From IMG/VR virus record IMGVR_UViG_2061766007_004155: a stretch of 64,000 nucleotides of DNA. The stretch is one strand, 5' to 3'. Below, one piece after another: positions 52,024 through 62,900 of this stretch. The notes beneath the pieces were generated by a model, which worked only from the letters and a program-made list of their open reading frames with translations, was not told the origin of the DNA and searched no databases. Every line of letters starts with the position of its first letter. Position 1 is the stretch's first letter. Both the position numbers and the translations under genes were made by a program. Source of the DNA: an uncultured virus (IMG/VR IMGVR_UViG_2061766007_004155) (taxonomy: Duplodnaviria; Heunggongvirae; Uroviricota; Caudoviricetes).

Positions 52024-53332
52024 TTGACACTCCCCATGACTAAAGTCAGGGGATTCTTGGGTCATCGAGTGTAGCGCCGAAGTTGCGTCTTACATACTCT
52101 CACCAAGCGTTAGGTTCGGGACTGTCCATCCCTACCGCATATTGTTTATGCTGAGATGCATATACCTTCTTTTAAAATGTTTATAGCTGCATTTTCGTCT
52201 CTATCGTGATGTGTACCGCATTCGGGGCAAATCCACGATCTTATTGCGAGGTTTTTTGCGTCTCTGTTACGGTATCCGCAACATGAACACAATTGAGACG
52301 ATGGGAAGAAAGTGTCAACTACAGAAACGGTTCTTCCGTACCATGATGCTTTGTATTCCAATTCACGGCGGAACTCAGAAAATGAAGCGTCAGATATAGA
52401 ACGTGCTAATTTGTGATTTTTCATCATACCTTTGGTTTTCAGGTTTTCAATGCAAATCACATCATACTTGCGTATTAAATCTGTCGTTGCTTTCTGAATG
52501 CTATCACGCCTCTGATTGGCAATATGTTCCTGAAGTTTGGATAAACGAATCCTTGCTTTTTCGTGGTTTTTACTTCCGAGTTTTTTACGTGACAATCTAC
52601 GGGACAGCTTGCGCAATTTCTTGTCCTGCTTATAAAGAAACTTGTTATTCGGATAGCGCTCACCGTCAGAAGTTGTAGCTAGTGCTTTAATGCCAAGATC
52701 AACACCTACAACAGAACCGGTTGCTTCAAGAGGCTCAATCTCAACATCCGCACAACAGATAGACACGAAGTATTTCCCGGAAGGATTTTGTGATACTGTT
52801 GCTGACAAGATTCTACCTTTAACCTCTTTGCTGATCTTGCATTTTACAAGACCAAGCTTCGGAAGCTTAACTTTTTTATCTACGATAGCAATATTTTCAC
52901 CAACACGCTTAGACTTGTAGCTTTTTCGAGCTTTACGCTTGCTCTTAAATTGGGGAAATCCTGGCGCTTCTCTATTTTTCACTCTTCTGAAGAAATTCTG
53001 ATATGCAGTATCAAGGTCACGAAGAGATGATTGCAATGCTGTAGAATCGACTTCTTTAAGCCATTGAAGTTCTTGTTTGAGGTTGGTTAATTCGTTAGAA
53101 CAGGCATAGTAATTCAAAGTTTCTTTTGTCTCTTTGTATGCTTCAATACGAAGTCCGAGGAAATAATTGTAAACATATCTACAGCATCCGAAAGTACGTT
53201 GTATTAAGTTTTCCTGTATTCTGTTTGGATATATACGAAACTTATATGAATACTCCATGATTAAGCCTCAAACGTTCTTTTGGTTTTCTATGTACTTCAT
53301 ATCTAAAGATAGGGGTATTACGCCACAAAATG
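52024..53332 (-). mobile_element. IS200/IS605-family solo-tnpB element (IS1341-like)
   Basis: On the minus strand TTTAT precedes the left end; right-end hairpin CCCCTGACTTTAGTCATGGGG ends in TCAA; no tnpA. Confidence 0.75.
52146..53258 (-). CDS. tnpB: RNA-guided endonuclease TnpB
   Basis: YKFRIYP, GVDLG (D), IENL (E), CSCCG/CPECG, DRDENAA (D). Confidence 0.95.
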   Translation of the reverse strand: MEYSYKFRIYPNRIQENLIQRTFGCCRYVYNYFLGLRIEAYKETKETLNYYACSNELTNLKQELQWLKEVDSTALQSSLRDLDTAYQNFFRRVKNREAPGFPQFKSKRKARKSYKSKRVGENIAIVDKKVKLPKLGLVKCKISKEVKGRILSATVSQNPSGKYFVSICCADVEIEPLEATGSVVGVDLGIKALATTSDGERYPNNKFLYKQDKKLRKLSRRLSRKKLGSKNHEKARIRLSKLQEHIANQRRDSIQKATTDLIRKYDVICIENLKTKGMMKNHKLARSISDASFSEFRRELEYKASWYGRTVSVVDTFFPSSQLCSCCGYRNRDAKNLAIRSWICPECGTHHDRDENAAINILKEGICISA

Positions 53333-53342
53333 ATAAAGTAAA

Positions 53343-54460
53343 CTAACACAGTAAACTAACACATTCGGCTACAATTTCTCCTGCTTTGTAGCACTCTTCT
53401 ACTGTGTTATCCTTGGAGAATGAAACGCGTATTGAGCTTCTTGCTTCTTCATCAGTTAACCCTATTGCCTTTAATACATGGCTTGGCTCTCCATCAGAAG
53501 CGTTACAGGCAGAACCCGCAGAAGCACATACGCCTTTAGCATCCAACATCATTAACAGTGATTCTGCTGAAACGCCATCAAAACGAACATTCAAAATTTT
53601 AGAAGCGTAAACAGGGGAGTTGTAGTGAATAATATCTTTTAGATTCTTTTCATATAAGGAATGCTCTAAACTGCCCATGAANNNNNNNNNNNNNNNNNNN
53701 NTTGATCGTTTTCTCTTGCATTTTCTTTCGCAAGTTCACAAGCTTTCCCGAATCCAACTATTCCTGCTACGTTTTCAGTTCCACCACGAAGACCATATTC
53801 CTGAGACTCCCCGCCGTGAATAAGCGGGAAAAACTTATCAGGCTCTTTTACAAACAATGCTCCAACACCCTTCGGGCCGTGGATTTTGTGGGAAGAAAGA
53901 GTAAGGAAGTCACATTTGAATTTCTTTACATCTAATTCTGCAAAGCCAGCTGCCTGTACGCAATCGGTATGGAATGGTACATGATTAGCTTTGCAAAGAC
54001 TACCTATCATTTCTATCGGGTTCTCAATACCTAACTCATTGTTTGTGTGGATAACGGAAAGCAAAGAAATATTATGAGCATTTACAGATATTTGCTCTAT
54101 GAGGCTGTCAAGATCAACGATTCCTTGAGATGTTACAGGAAGGACAATTAAACCTAAAAACTTTACTATTGAATCATGTTCTGTAGCGGTTGTGACTATA
54201 CTTTTTTGCCCGAAAAGTTTAGCATTATGGATCACCATGTTGTTTGCTTCTGTCCCGCTTGAAGTAAATATAATCTGTTCAGGGGAAGCGTTGATGAACT
54301 TTGCTACCTGTTTTCTTGCGTTATAAACTGCGTCATAAGCGGTTCTCCCCATAGAATGAAGAGAACCCGCATTACCATATGATGACGTTAAGAACGGCAT
54401 CATTGCATCCAAAACAGCCGAATCTATTGCGGTTGTAGCCGCATTGTCTAAATATATCAT
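53343..54460 (-). CDS. Cysteine desulfurase (IscS/NifS family; N gap inside)
   Basis: MIYLDNAATT, FTSSGTEANN, HTDCVQ, SSHKIHGPKGVG, RGGTEN, SAGSAC. Confidence 0.92.
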
Positions 54461-54702
54461 ACGATAATCTTTCCTACCTTCTGCCTTGAGTAGTAGAATG
54501 TACTCCCCAAATATCCACAATGCGGGCATCTAAGGTATGTGTTTCCACGTTTGCTTTCAGATGCGGTATTCCCGTTGGCATAGAACGGTTTTGAACAGCG
54601 TAGGCAGTTTACTGACGCACCGTCATGGATTTCGTGCTGTCTTACTACACCTTCAGTAGAAATGCGCTCAACAATAGGGAACGTAGCTTTATTCATTTTC
54701 AT
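54457..54702 (-). CDS. Small zinc-ribbon protein
   Basis: CLRC...CPHCG. Confidence 0.55.
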   Translation of the reverse strand: MKMNKATFPIVERISTEGVVRQHEIHDGASVNCLRCSKPFYANGNTASESKRGNTYLRCPHCGYLGSTFYYSRQKVGKIIV

Positions 54703-55309
54703 CTTCCTTTTCCATTTTGATATTATAGTGTCGCCCTGTCTTGTAGCATATCTCGTTTGGGAAATATGCGTATGTCCTGCCTTCTGAATCTATACCGGCG
54801 ATATCGTTATCAATACATGTAATAACGAAGCGAACCATACCATTATCCGCAATGACCTCATCACCGACAGAGTATGTGTTATCAAAACAGCTTGACTTCT
54901 TCTCAAAATCTGTTAACAACGAACAGACTTTTTCGTAAGGCATACTAAATATTTCAGAGAAAGAATTCGTGCCGAATATACTCCAAAGCGCTTCTCCGTC
55001 ATGTGAGCAAACCTTTTCGGCGGTTTTCCAAACTACAATATTTCCTAAACGCTTGCCGTCCTCAAACCCTTCAGAATATGATTTGTTCACTGATTCGACA
55101 AACGCTTCTTTCTTTACACAGTTCTTTTCTGCTTCGGCATACCCGCGTTGATATTCAGAAGCTTTTTCTTTTTCACAGCACCGATACCCTTCGTTGTAGG
55201 CATTGCGAAAGTCCTGCTCTATTCCGTCAAGCGCTTTGCTGATAATATTATTGAATCTGCTTTTGCAACGCTCCATTACTTTCTGTATTACACTTTCTTT
55301 GCTTTCCAT
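54689..55309 (-). CDS. Phage hypothetical protein
   Basis: AYNEGY/EYQRGY/SYSEGF repeats; C-terminal VGDEVI. Confidence 0.6.
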   Translation of the reverse strand: MESKESVIQKVMERCKSRFNNIISKALDGIEQDFRNAYNEGYRCCEKEKASEYQRGYAEAEKNCVKKEAFVESVNKSYSEGFEDGKRLGNIVVWKTAEKVCSHDGEALWSIFGTNSFSEIFSMPYEKVCSLLTDFEKKSSCFDNTYSVGDEVIADNGMVRFVITCIDNDIAGIDSEGRTYAYFPNEICYKTGRHYNIKMEKEDENE

Positions 55310-55604
55310 GTTTATTCTCCCCATATTGTTTCCTGCCCGTTTATAGGCTTAATTGTTTTTTGCTTCCGTTTAATAGGTTCAGTGGTAAAACTTTTACATG
55401 TTTTACCACCAAGTCCGCCATCCCACTCCATTAGGTCATCGAATGGGAAACTTTCTTCGCCAAGGAATCGTGCCATTTCTATTGCGTTTAATATTTTACA
55501 GTGCCAACACCTGAATCTTTTGCACTTAAAGCATTGACATTCAAGGAAAAATTCATACTCAGTTCCGTTGGAGAACATGCTTTTGCAAGGGACTTTGTTT
55601 GGAC

Positions 55605-56471
55605 TCATGATTCTTTGTCGAAGAACTTCAACAAGCAATTGATAATTGCGGTATCGTAAGTTCTTGCATCGTGACCACAGTTCGGTATGATAACCAAATC
55701 GCTATTGGCAGACAAATCTGGAACACCATTCAGGAACGTATTATACATCTCATGGGTCTGCGCATAGGCATTGTCTTTATCCCCGCACCCTGCATAGAAA
55801 AACGAAATCGAATAACGACCAATTTCAGAAATAACGTCTTTGATAGATGATGACAGGTCAGCGTGGAAAATAGATGAAGCGCCAAACCAAGAGAACAGGT
55901 CAATACATTCAGGGATAATGTACTTCGGAATCATTGTTGATGTGTAGCTGAAGCCGAATGTGCCGAAGTGTTCACGTGCGTTTGATATGGAAATACTGTC
56001 CGTTCCTTTAGCGTATGTGCTGTAGTTTGATATCATATACGGAAGCAAATCATAACGCAGTTCATTAATAAGCTGATTCCCGTCCAACTCCATAACAGGA
56101 TGACCCTCAACAGTAGCACCGTAATAGGGGAGAGTAACAATGATTGACGGCTCGATAACCTTTGCGTCGATAAGATTATCCAAAACATTCTGAAACTGAA
56201 CACTATACAGAACAGGGGAGTATCTGTGCGCTCTGCTAAGATAACAGGAATACGGCATATCCATGCCAGGTAGCAGAACCATTACATTGTATTCTTTGAG
56301 AGTGTCGTACCCATAGGGAACGTAAATGCAAATAGGTTTCTTAAATGCTGTTGCGGATTTGCCGCTGTACCAATGTGTATGGTACTGAATCTTAATTACT
56401 TCGCCTCTGCGCTTTGACTGCTTCCACAGAGTAGGATCATCTAACGATAAGCAGGGGTAATGAAAATCCAT
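55605..56471 (-). CDS. Alpha/beta-hydrolase, CE1-like esterase
   Basis: IYVPYGYD...YNVMVLLPG; ELRYDLLPYM; GFS nucleophile; GDKD; GH. Confidence 0.75.
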   Translation of the reverse strand: MDFHYPCLSLDDPTLWKQSKRRGEVIKIQYHTHWYSGKSATAFKKPICIYVPYGYDTLKEYNVMVLLPGMDMPYSCYLSRAHRYSPVLYSVQFQNVLDNLIDAKVIEPSIIVTLPYYGATVEGHPVMELDGNQLINELRYDLLPYMISNYSTYAKGTDSISISNAREHFGTFGFSYTSTMIPKYIIPECIDLFSWFGASSIFHADLSSSIKDVISEIGRYSISFFYAGCGDKDNAYAQTHEMYNTFLNGVPDLSANSDLVIIPNCGHDARTYDTAIINCLLKFFDKES

Positions 56472-57181
56472 TATTTCTCTCCTTTGTATTTTCTTTCGCC
56501 GTCAGCACAGAACCATTCTCCATCATGGATATAACTTGCTTGCTTCGGGCAGAAACTTATATTCTTCTTTAAGTGTCTACAATCTTTACATCTTACTACT
56601 TCCACAACGTCGGCAGGATGCAACGCTTCTTTGTGCGCAATCCATCCAATATAGAATCTGCAAGTACCGCTGAAGTCTGCAACGCTGATTAATTCTTCTG
56701 GTTCAAAATTATTGTTTGTTACTTTTCTCTTGCAGTCCTTTGATGGACAGTCTGCCGAAGCACAATAAGTAATGTCAGCCATCTTCGATATCCTCAACCC
56801 ATGTGCAAAACCTCATCCGCACACGCCCACATTTTGTGCAAGTTGCATTCGGCTTATTGCCTTGATATTCAGGTATCTTTACCCTCATGTCGGGAGAAAC
56901 GAACCTTCCGCACTTAGGGCATATTCGATAATAGCTATGGCAATACTCTCCATGACCGTAAACTACAACAGGGACATTTTCTGAATATTCATCTGCCATA
57001 TATTAAGCCTCCGACTTCAACCATTCTAACCAAGCAAGATAGCATTTGCTTCTGTTTCCCTGACATTGCTCTGCGTTAATAGGGCATTGCCTGTCAATAG
57101 GGCAATCTGAGCAATAAGCTATATGGCTAATCCACTTTGCCAACTTCTTATCCTGCTTTGCTCTGATTTTATCCCCATTTT

Positions 57182-57844
57182 TCATATGTTTCTCCTAACT
57201 GATGTAGTAAATGCCTTTTCAACTGACCATCCACGCAAATAAAGCCTGTCATATAGCGTGTGATAGTTGATGCCAAGGCGGTCAGCCCAATAGGATAACT
57301 GCATAGTTTCGCCGTTGTATGTCAGCCATAGCGTTCGTGCTTGGTTATTGTTCTGCTCTCTGACGCTTACCCAACGGCAGTTATTGGGGGAATAACCCTT
57401 ACTCACATCAATGCGGTCTATTGTCAAATCGTCTGCGTACCCATGAGATAACGCCCATTCTTTGAACGGTTCAAAGTGTTTCCAATCCTCACAGACGGCA
57501 ATCCCTTTCGCGCCGTATCTTTCCCACGATGTATCATTAGGGTTTGTACATCTTTGAATGATTCCAGCCCATTCCCGATAGAGCCTTGTGCCAACACCAC
57601 CGTGAATGGTATTTCTTTCTGCACTCCGTTTTGCGGAACAGCATGAACAACGCTTTGTGTTGCCACTTGTAACGGAATTCTTACGAAGCACAACCTCGTT
57701 TCCGCAATCACATCTAAACAACCAATAGTGTTGACCACCCTTAACTCGGTTATCACGATGGTCAAATCTGATAGCCGTTAGTTCTCCAAACTTTTGCTGT
57801 GTAATATCCCTTGTCTTATTTGGTTGGAAACAAGTCCTACCCAT
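57182..57844 (-). CDS. HNH homing endonuclease
   Basis: WLFRCDCG; RYGAKGI; LTIDRIDVSKGYSPNNCRWV. Confidence 0.9.
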   Translation of the reverse strand: MGRTCFQPNKTRDITQQKFGELTAIRFDHRDNRVKGGQHYWLFRCDCGNEVVLRKNSVTSGNTKRCSCCSAKRSAERNTIHGGVGTRLYREWAGIIQRCTNPNDTSWERYGAKGIAVCEDWKHFEPFKEWALSHGYADDLTIDRIDVSKGYSPNNCRWVSVREQNNNQARTLWLTYNGETMQLSYWADRLGINYHTLYDRLYLRGWSVEKAFTTSVRRNI

Positions 57845-58142
57845 CTTTACCCTCCACTTCCGCCGGATACAGCGCATCCAACTTTTCCATATCTGTCTCG
57901 ACAAACAAAACATCCATCTGTGTTGCGTCTTGATTATAAACAGCCAATCCGTGATTTAATCCCCTTGCTGTGCTACCTGTAATCTCCCTGTAGTCAGAAC
58001 GTTGAATCTTGTCAATCACTTCGTCTCTGTCCCAATCCGCCCCAACCAATGCAAGCGGAGAACTGACGAATGTGTGGACTTGTTCTCCTTCTGGAAGCAG
58101 TTCAGTTGCTTGCTGTGTTGTAAGAAATATTCTGCTCATCAC
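57837..58142 (-). CDS. Phage hypothetical protein
   Basis: 101-aa ORF coupled to neighbours. Confidence 0.6.
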   Translation of the reverse strand: MMSRIFLTTQQATELLPEGEQVHTFVSSPLALVGADWDRDEVIDKIQRSDYREITGSTARGLNHGLAVYNQDATQMDVLFVETDMEKLDALYPAEVEGKDG

Positions 58143-58973
58143 TCACCCTCCTCCGCCTTCTCTGCCAATGGGCAACGCAAATAGCAGTAATCTTCATCAC
58201 AGGCATCGCACTCATAGCCAAGCACATCACAAGCGCAAAGCAAATCGTCAACGCTCATGTCAATGACATGGAAGTGTTCGCAATTCTTATCCCAACAGTC
58301 CTTTGGAAATCTGCTCATGTCTCGCCCTCCTCCGCTTCGACGATTTTAGTCCATTCAATCATCTCATTCCATTTATTAACCGCATCGAATTCCGTTTTCC
58401 CTACAGGAGATTTCCTGTGGCAGTTGTTGCATTCATAAAACAAACCTTCTGCTGCCCACCATTTTGCCCTCCTGTTGCAACCACATACGCATGGTAACTT
58501 CTTTGGCATTTTCTTTATTGGAATTAATTTGTAGCCAAGTTTTGCTGCTTCTGCTTTTAATTCAAAAATGTCCATCGCTCATGTCTTCTCCGCTTAATGG
58601 TTTTTCATTCCATACGAAAGCACCGCACAGTTTGCAATCAGCAACAGGCTCTTCTGTCATTGTCTCCCACATTCCGCAACAGAACACACGCTTGTCTCCA
58701 AGTCCGTATTCGTTGGTCGTGGTATGTGCCTTCTTACACATTGGCGATAGTGGTTTGCCACGCAATTGCGCCCTCGATACCCGTTTCATGTTCCATCCTC
58801 CTCATAAAGAATCTTCTTCAGCCTTTTTTTGCACTCATCACATATTTTTGGGACTTGGTTATAGCTACCGTAGTACCCAAATCCAAGCGGAATAAAATCA
58901 TCACAAATTATGCAACTTGTACCAACTTGGCACGGATGTGGTTCAACCTTAATAGTTTCAAAGTCGTCTATAC

Positions 58974-59315
58974 TCATGTTCCATTAATCCATTTAATAAT
59001 TGTTTTGTAAGCATACATTTCCGGGAATTTAATAATCATATGCAAGTTATAACAAGAGATAAGCGTAAAGCCAATGCCAAAACTAAAACCTATAACAGCA
59101 ACAGCTGCGAATATTATATCTGATATGCCATATGCATCTTTTCGATAGCATCTGATGGCCAATAATGTAGACATTGTGCCAATACCAATTAAAATAAATC
59201 CAGCCACTAAGCCGATCCCATTATTGTGGGTGCAGTATTCAATAACAGCCGGAATAATGTTTTCTACCGTTGTGCCAAGCTTTTGGCATATCATCTCGAT
59301 TGTTGTTTCGTTCAT
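58974..59315 (-). CDS. Two-TM membrane protein
   Basis: Two hydrophobic helices; AAAGGAGG RBS. Confidence 0.6.
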   Translation of the reverse strand: MNETTIEMICQKLGTTVENIIPAVIEYCTHNNGIGLVAGFILIGIGTMSTLLAIRCYRKDAYGISDIIFAAVAVIGFSFGIGFTLISCYNLHMIIKFPEMYAYKTIIKWINGT

Positions 59316-59800
59316 GTTTCGTCCTCCTTTATTGCCCCAAGCGGGGCATCGCTACATATAATCTGGTGTGCAGTCACTTCCACCGTAACCGTTTCTGATG
59401 GGGCATCACCCTCTTCCTATTTTGATTTTCAAAATATCGGACTCTCCCTATTCGCGTAAGGGCAAGTGTTATTCCAATCTACATCTTTCCCAAAGTATTC
59501 AGATTTTACACATTTGCAAATTCCATGCGTACAACTGCAAAAGCCGAAACTGTCACAATATAAACAATACAACACAAAGTTTTCATCTTCTATACTCATT
59601 TCATGTTCAATCCTCCTCCGCTCCGGTTGTTATCTCCCAAATATAAAATGGTTTTTCACATAACAATTCTTTTCTTACCTTTAACAGTTTCTTTTTATGC
59701 AATTCAGAAACAATTCTATATGCCACTTCAATTTCAACAGGAAGTTCTTTGCATGTTGGAGTGACAGCACCTTTTAAAATCGTCATGTTTCCCCCTCGAT

Positions 59801-60187
59801 TTAATTCAGTTCCCATCCGTAATGTTCTGCCACAGAAGTGAACTGATTAATTGAGTAATATCCTGTGTCATCGTCATCAAGTTCAAGACCGTTCTCAAGG
59901 ACTTTACACCATGCCCTTACAACCATGCACATCAACCCTGAAGAAATACCGCGTTCATTAATTGCTTTTTGATAGCCAAACTCAACATCTCTCTTCAATT
60001 GCGCAAGAATGTTTTCTTCCGTCCATTCTTTAGGAACATAAGAGCCTTCACCGCCATATCCGAATCCGAACTGTTCCCATTCTTCCACAGGAAGGAATTC
60101 AATAAACCTCTTTGTAAAACGTCTATCAAAAATATAGTCTTCCTCAAACTTACCGATGTGGTTCTTTACATAATCTAATGTTTTCAT
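59801..60187 (-). CDS. Phage hypothetical protein
   Basis: 128-aa ORF with RBS. Confidence 0.6.
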   Translation of the reverse strand: MKTLDYVKNHIGKFEEDYIFDRRFTKRFIEFLPVEEWEQFGFGYGGEGSYVPKEWTEENILAQLKRDVEFGYQKAINERGISSGLMCMVVRAWCKVLENGLELDDDDTGYYSINQFTSVAEHYGWELN

Positions 60188-60747
60188 TCACTCACCATCC
60201 TCATCCCCTGTAATCATAATTGCGAGGTATATATTCATACATATTTCTCCCACGTATTTTTCTTTTTTGGATCATCTGTCCACAAATCGCAAGCTTCATC
60301 ATGTGGAGGGGTTACATTAACAGGAACGCCGACATAATAAAATCCATATTCCTCACATACCCACCCAAGATTTTTAGTCTTTTCGCAGTTAACGCAGTTC
60401 CCACAACTCCGTTCTTCTTCCATTACTCACCATCCTCATCGTCATCGGAAGAATATGATTCTTCGCATTCACTCTCATAGAAATCGTGGTTGGCATACCA
60501 CTCTCCAAGGTCTTCACCATAAGTAAATTCCATCACCAACCATCCTTCCACCTGCACCCATCGCAAGCACCCTCGTGCTTTTTCTCGTACTCACCGCATC
60601 TCCAACACAGTTCGTTCTTGCAGTCTTTCAAATCAATCAGAGCAGTATCTACTTTCTGTAGAATGATTTGCAGTTCGGAATCATCTGCTATAACTTTCAT
60701 CATTGACCGGACATTCTTAATCAATTCACACAGTTCGTCGTACTTCA

Positions 60748-61389
60748 TCACTCACCATCCTTCCGCATGTCAGCACCGTGGGATTGCCTCCAACCTTTTG
60801 TTCTCAATCTTACAGGGCGATTAATGGCATCTTCTACAGACCACCCTGTGTTAAGCCGTTCTTTAAGTGTTGTTTTGCTGATGCCAATTTTTTCGGCAAG
60901 TTGGGTAAGCGTGTATTTATTCCCTTGGTACTCAATTATCCTGTTATTTCTCCTATTGTTCTGTTGTTCTTTCATGGTAACCCATCTGCAATTATTAGGG
61001 GAATAGCCTTTTTCGTTGTTTATCCTGTCAATGGAAAGACCGTCATTATATCCATGCTGAAATGCCCATTTTGCAAATGGCAAATATGAATCCCATTCTT
61101 TGCAAATAGTTATTCCTCTCCCACCATATTCATTAAAATGTGGATGCTTATCGTATTCACATCTTGCATGAATTGATTCCCATATTTTTCGGAGGCGATG
61201 ATTGTTGTATAGTTCGCTTTCTGATATTCCTTTGATTACTTCATATCCTTTGCATTTTGTTTTACTGCGGTAACAACTTGCAATTGTGCATTGCACAACT
61301 CCAAGATATTCGCAAGCGTTTTTTTCTGATTGGAATACAAGATATTCGTCCCCTTTTTTTAGGATATATGGTGATGTTTTATGTTCCAT
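60748..61389 (-). CDS. HNH homing endonuclease
   Basis: YGGRGITIC; LSIDRINNEKGYSPNNCRWV; start ATG 61389 after GGAGGAG. Confidence 0.9.
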   Translation of the reverse strand: MEHKTSPYILKKGDEYLVFQSEKNACEYLGVVQCTIASCYRSKTKCKGYEVIKGISESELYNNHRLRKIWESIHARCEYDKHPHFNEYGGRGITICKEWDSYLPFAKWAFQHGYNDGLSIDRINNEKGYSPNNCRWVTMKEQQNNRRNNRIIEYQGNKYTLTQLAEKIGISKTTLKERLNTGWSVEDAINRPVRLRTKGWRQSHGADMRKDGE

Positions 61390-61702
61390 GCTCTCCTCCG
61401 TTGTAACTGCCGCAGTTGGGGCAGAAGTTGTGAAGTGGTTGAACATGGATTTTTGTGAATACATACCCACATTCAGAACATTTGTAACGGAAGATTTCAA
61501 GACCGTTTAATAATTCAATTCTGTCACCACCGTTGTCTTCCCACTTTCCATGCCTGACTTCCGCAACATCTGCGGATGGGATGGAATCAATGGCCCGAGC
61601 CGCATCCCCACGAATGACCCAACAGTAACCGTCACCGTCTACCTTTGGCACAAGTTTTAGGATGGCGTTAAATGCCGCTTCTCTTTCGATGCAATCAGCC
61701 AT
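61379..61702 (-). CDS. Small zinc-ribbon phage protein
   Basis: IPSADVAEVRHGKW...CSECG...FCPNCG. Confidence 0.75.
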   Translation of the reverse strand: MADCIEREAAFNAILKLVPKVDGDGYCWVIRGDAARAIDSIPSADVAEVRHGKWEDNGGDRIELLNGLEIFRYKCSECGYVFTKIHVQPLHNFCPNCGSYNGGEHGT

Positions 61703-62249
61703 CTGTTTCCTCCTTTGGCGGTTCGGGGAAATACGGAACGCACTTCCATGTCACACCGTTAATAGCGTTCTGCATTGTTTTCTTCGATACTCCGTATCTA
61801 TCAGCAAGTTCTTGAAACGATGTTCCCTTATAGGCGCGTTCCCATCTCGCGTCTTTGACAGTTTTCTTCGTCAGCTTTGATGTTATTTGTTCTTCTCCAA
61901 CCTTTACAACATTGCGCCCTTTGCGTTCTCTGTCGGCTACGTTGTCTGCTCTCGTTCCCAAAAACAGATGCTCCGGGTTTATACAGGATGGATTATCGCA
62001 TTTGTGGCACACTTCAAACCCGTCCGGGATTTCACCATTCCATGTGATGTATGCCAATCTATGCGCTCTTTCAGAACGACGCGTTCCGTCTGTTCGGCTA
62101 CCAACTATTGTGTGTCCGTAGCCGCCTCTTTTGCATCCAGTCCACTCCCAACACCCAGATACGGGATTGACTTTCATGTTTGCTTTAAGACGTTCTTCAA
62201 TTGGCATGGTCGGCATACCGCGTTTTCTTGCGCTATAATCAGGTTTCAT
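61695..62249 (-). CDS. HNH endonuclease
   Basis: CWEWTG; AHRLAY; VCHKCDNPSCINPEHLFLGTRADN. Confidence 0.92.
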   Translation of the reverse strand: MKPDYSARKRGMPTMPIEERLKANMKVNPVSGCWEWTGCKRGGYGHTIVGSRTDGTRRSERAHRLAYITWNGEIPDGFEVCHKCDNPSCINPEHLFLGTRADNVADRERKGRNVVKVGEEQITSKLTKKTVKDARWERAYKGTSFQELADRYGVSKKTMQNAINGVTWKCVPYFPEPPKEETDG

Positions 62250-62598
62250 TTAATCCCTCCGTACTTGGCAACGGCATCCAATGGGTTATGTCTTCCTGCA
62301 TAAAAATTATCCATCGTCCATGATCGCAAACATCAAAGCATACTCTTGAAATATGGCGACCCCAAACTAAAACAGTATGGTCATTTTCCGGCAACCTCTC
62401 ACTCACAGGAATCCACTTCGGCAACTGCGCTTGAAGTTCCTCTATGGCATCAGCTGCATCCAATTGCAAAACGGAATTGCAATTCCTACAATCACGGTCG
62501 CTCTTCATAGCCATACACCCAATTAATTCTTCCGCTTCTCCAGCGCAGTCATGTGTTCCGCAGTATCTAAGGTCTTTTATCAGTTCATCGTACTTCAT
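62239..62598 (-). CDS. DUF551-family protein
   Basis: WIPVSERLPE...ITHWMPLP. Confidence 0.8.
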   Translation of the reverse strand: MKYDELIKDLRYCGTHDCAGEAEELIGCMAMKSDRDCRNCNSVLQLDAADAIEELQAQLPKWIPVSERLPENDHTVLVWGRHISRVCFDVCDHGRWIIFMQEDITHWMPLPSTEGLNET

Positions 62599-62900
62599 GT
62601 TTACTCTTCCATAACCTCCTACATTTCTACAGGCATACCAAATAGTGAGCAAATCCCACTCTCTTTAACCCAACACGGGCAAGTTGAATTCACGTTTTCC
62701 ATAGCCTGTATAGTTCTTAGATAAACAATTACATCAACAATAGCTTCTGCATAGTCAGGGTCTAACCTTTCAGCAATGCATTGCTCGGAATACCTTAACA
62801 GCCTGTTAATCAATTCTTCCAACATCTAAAAAACAACCCCCACCCTATAAAATCTATTGCTATAAAAAGTAACTCAAGTTGTACAAATCCGCAGAGCATA

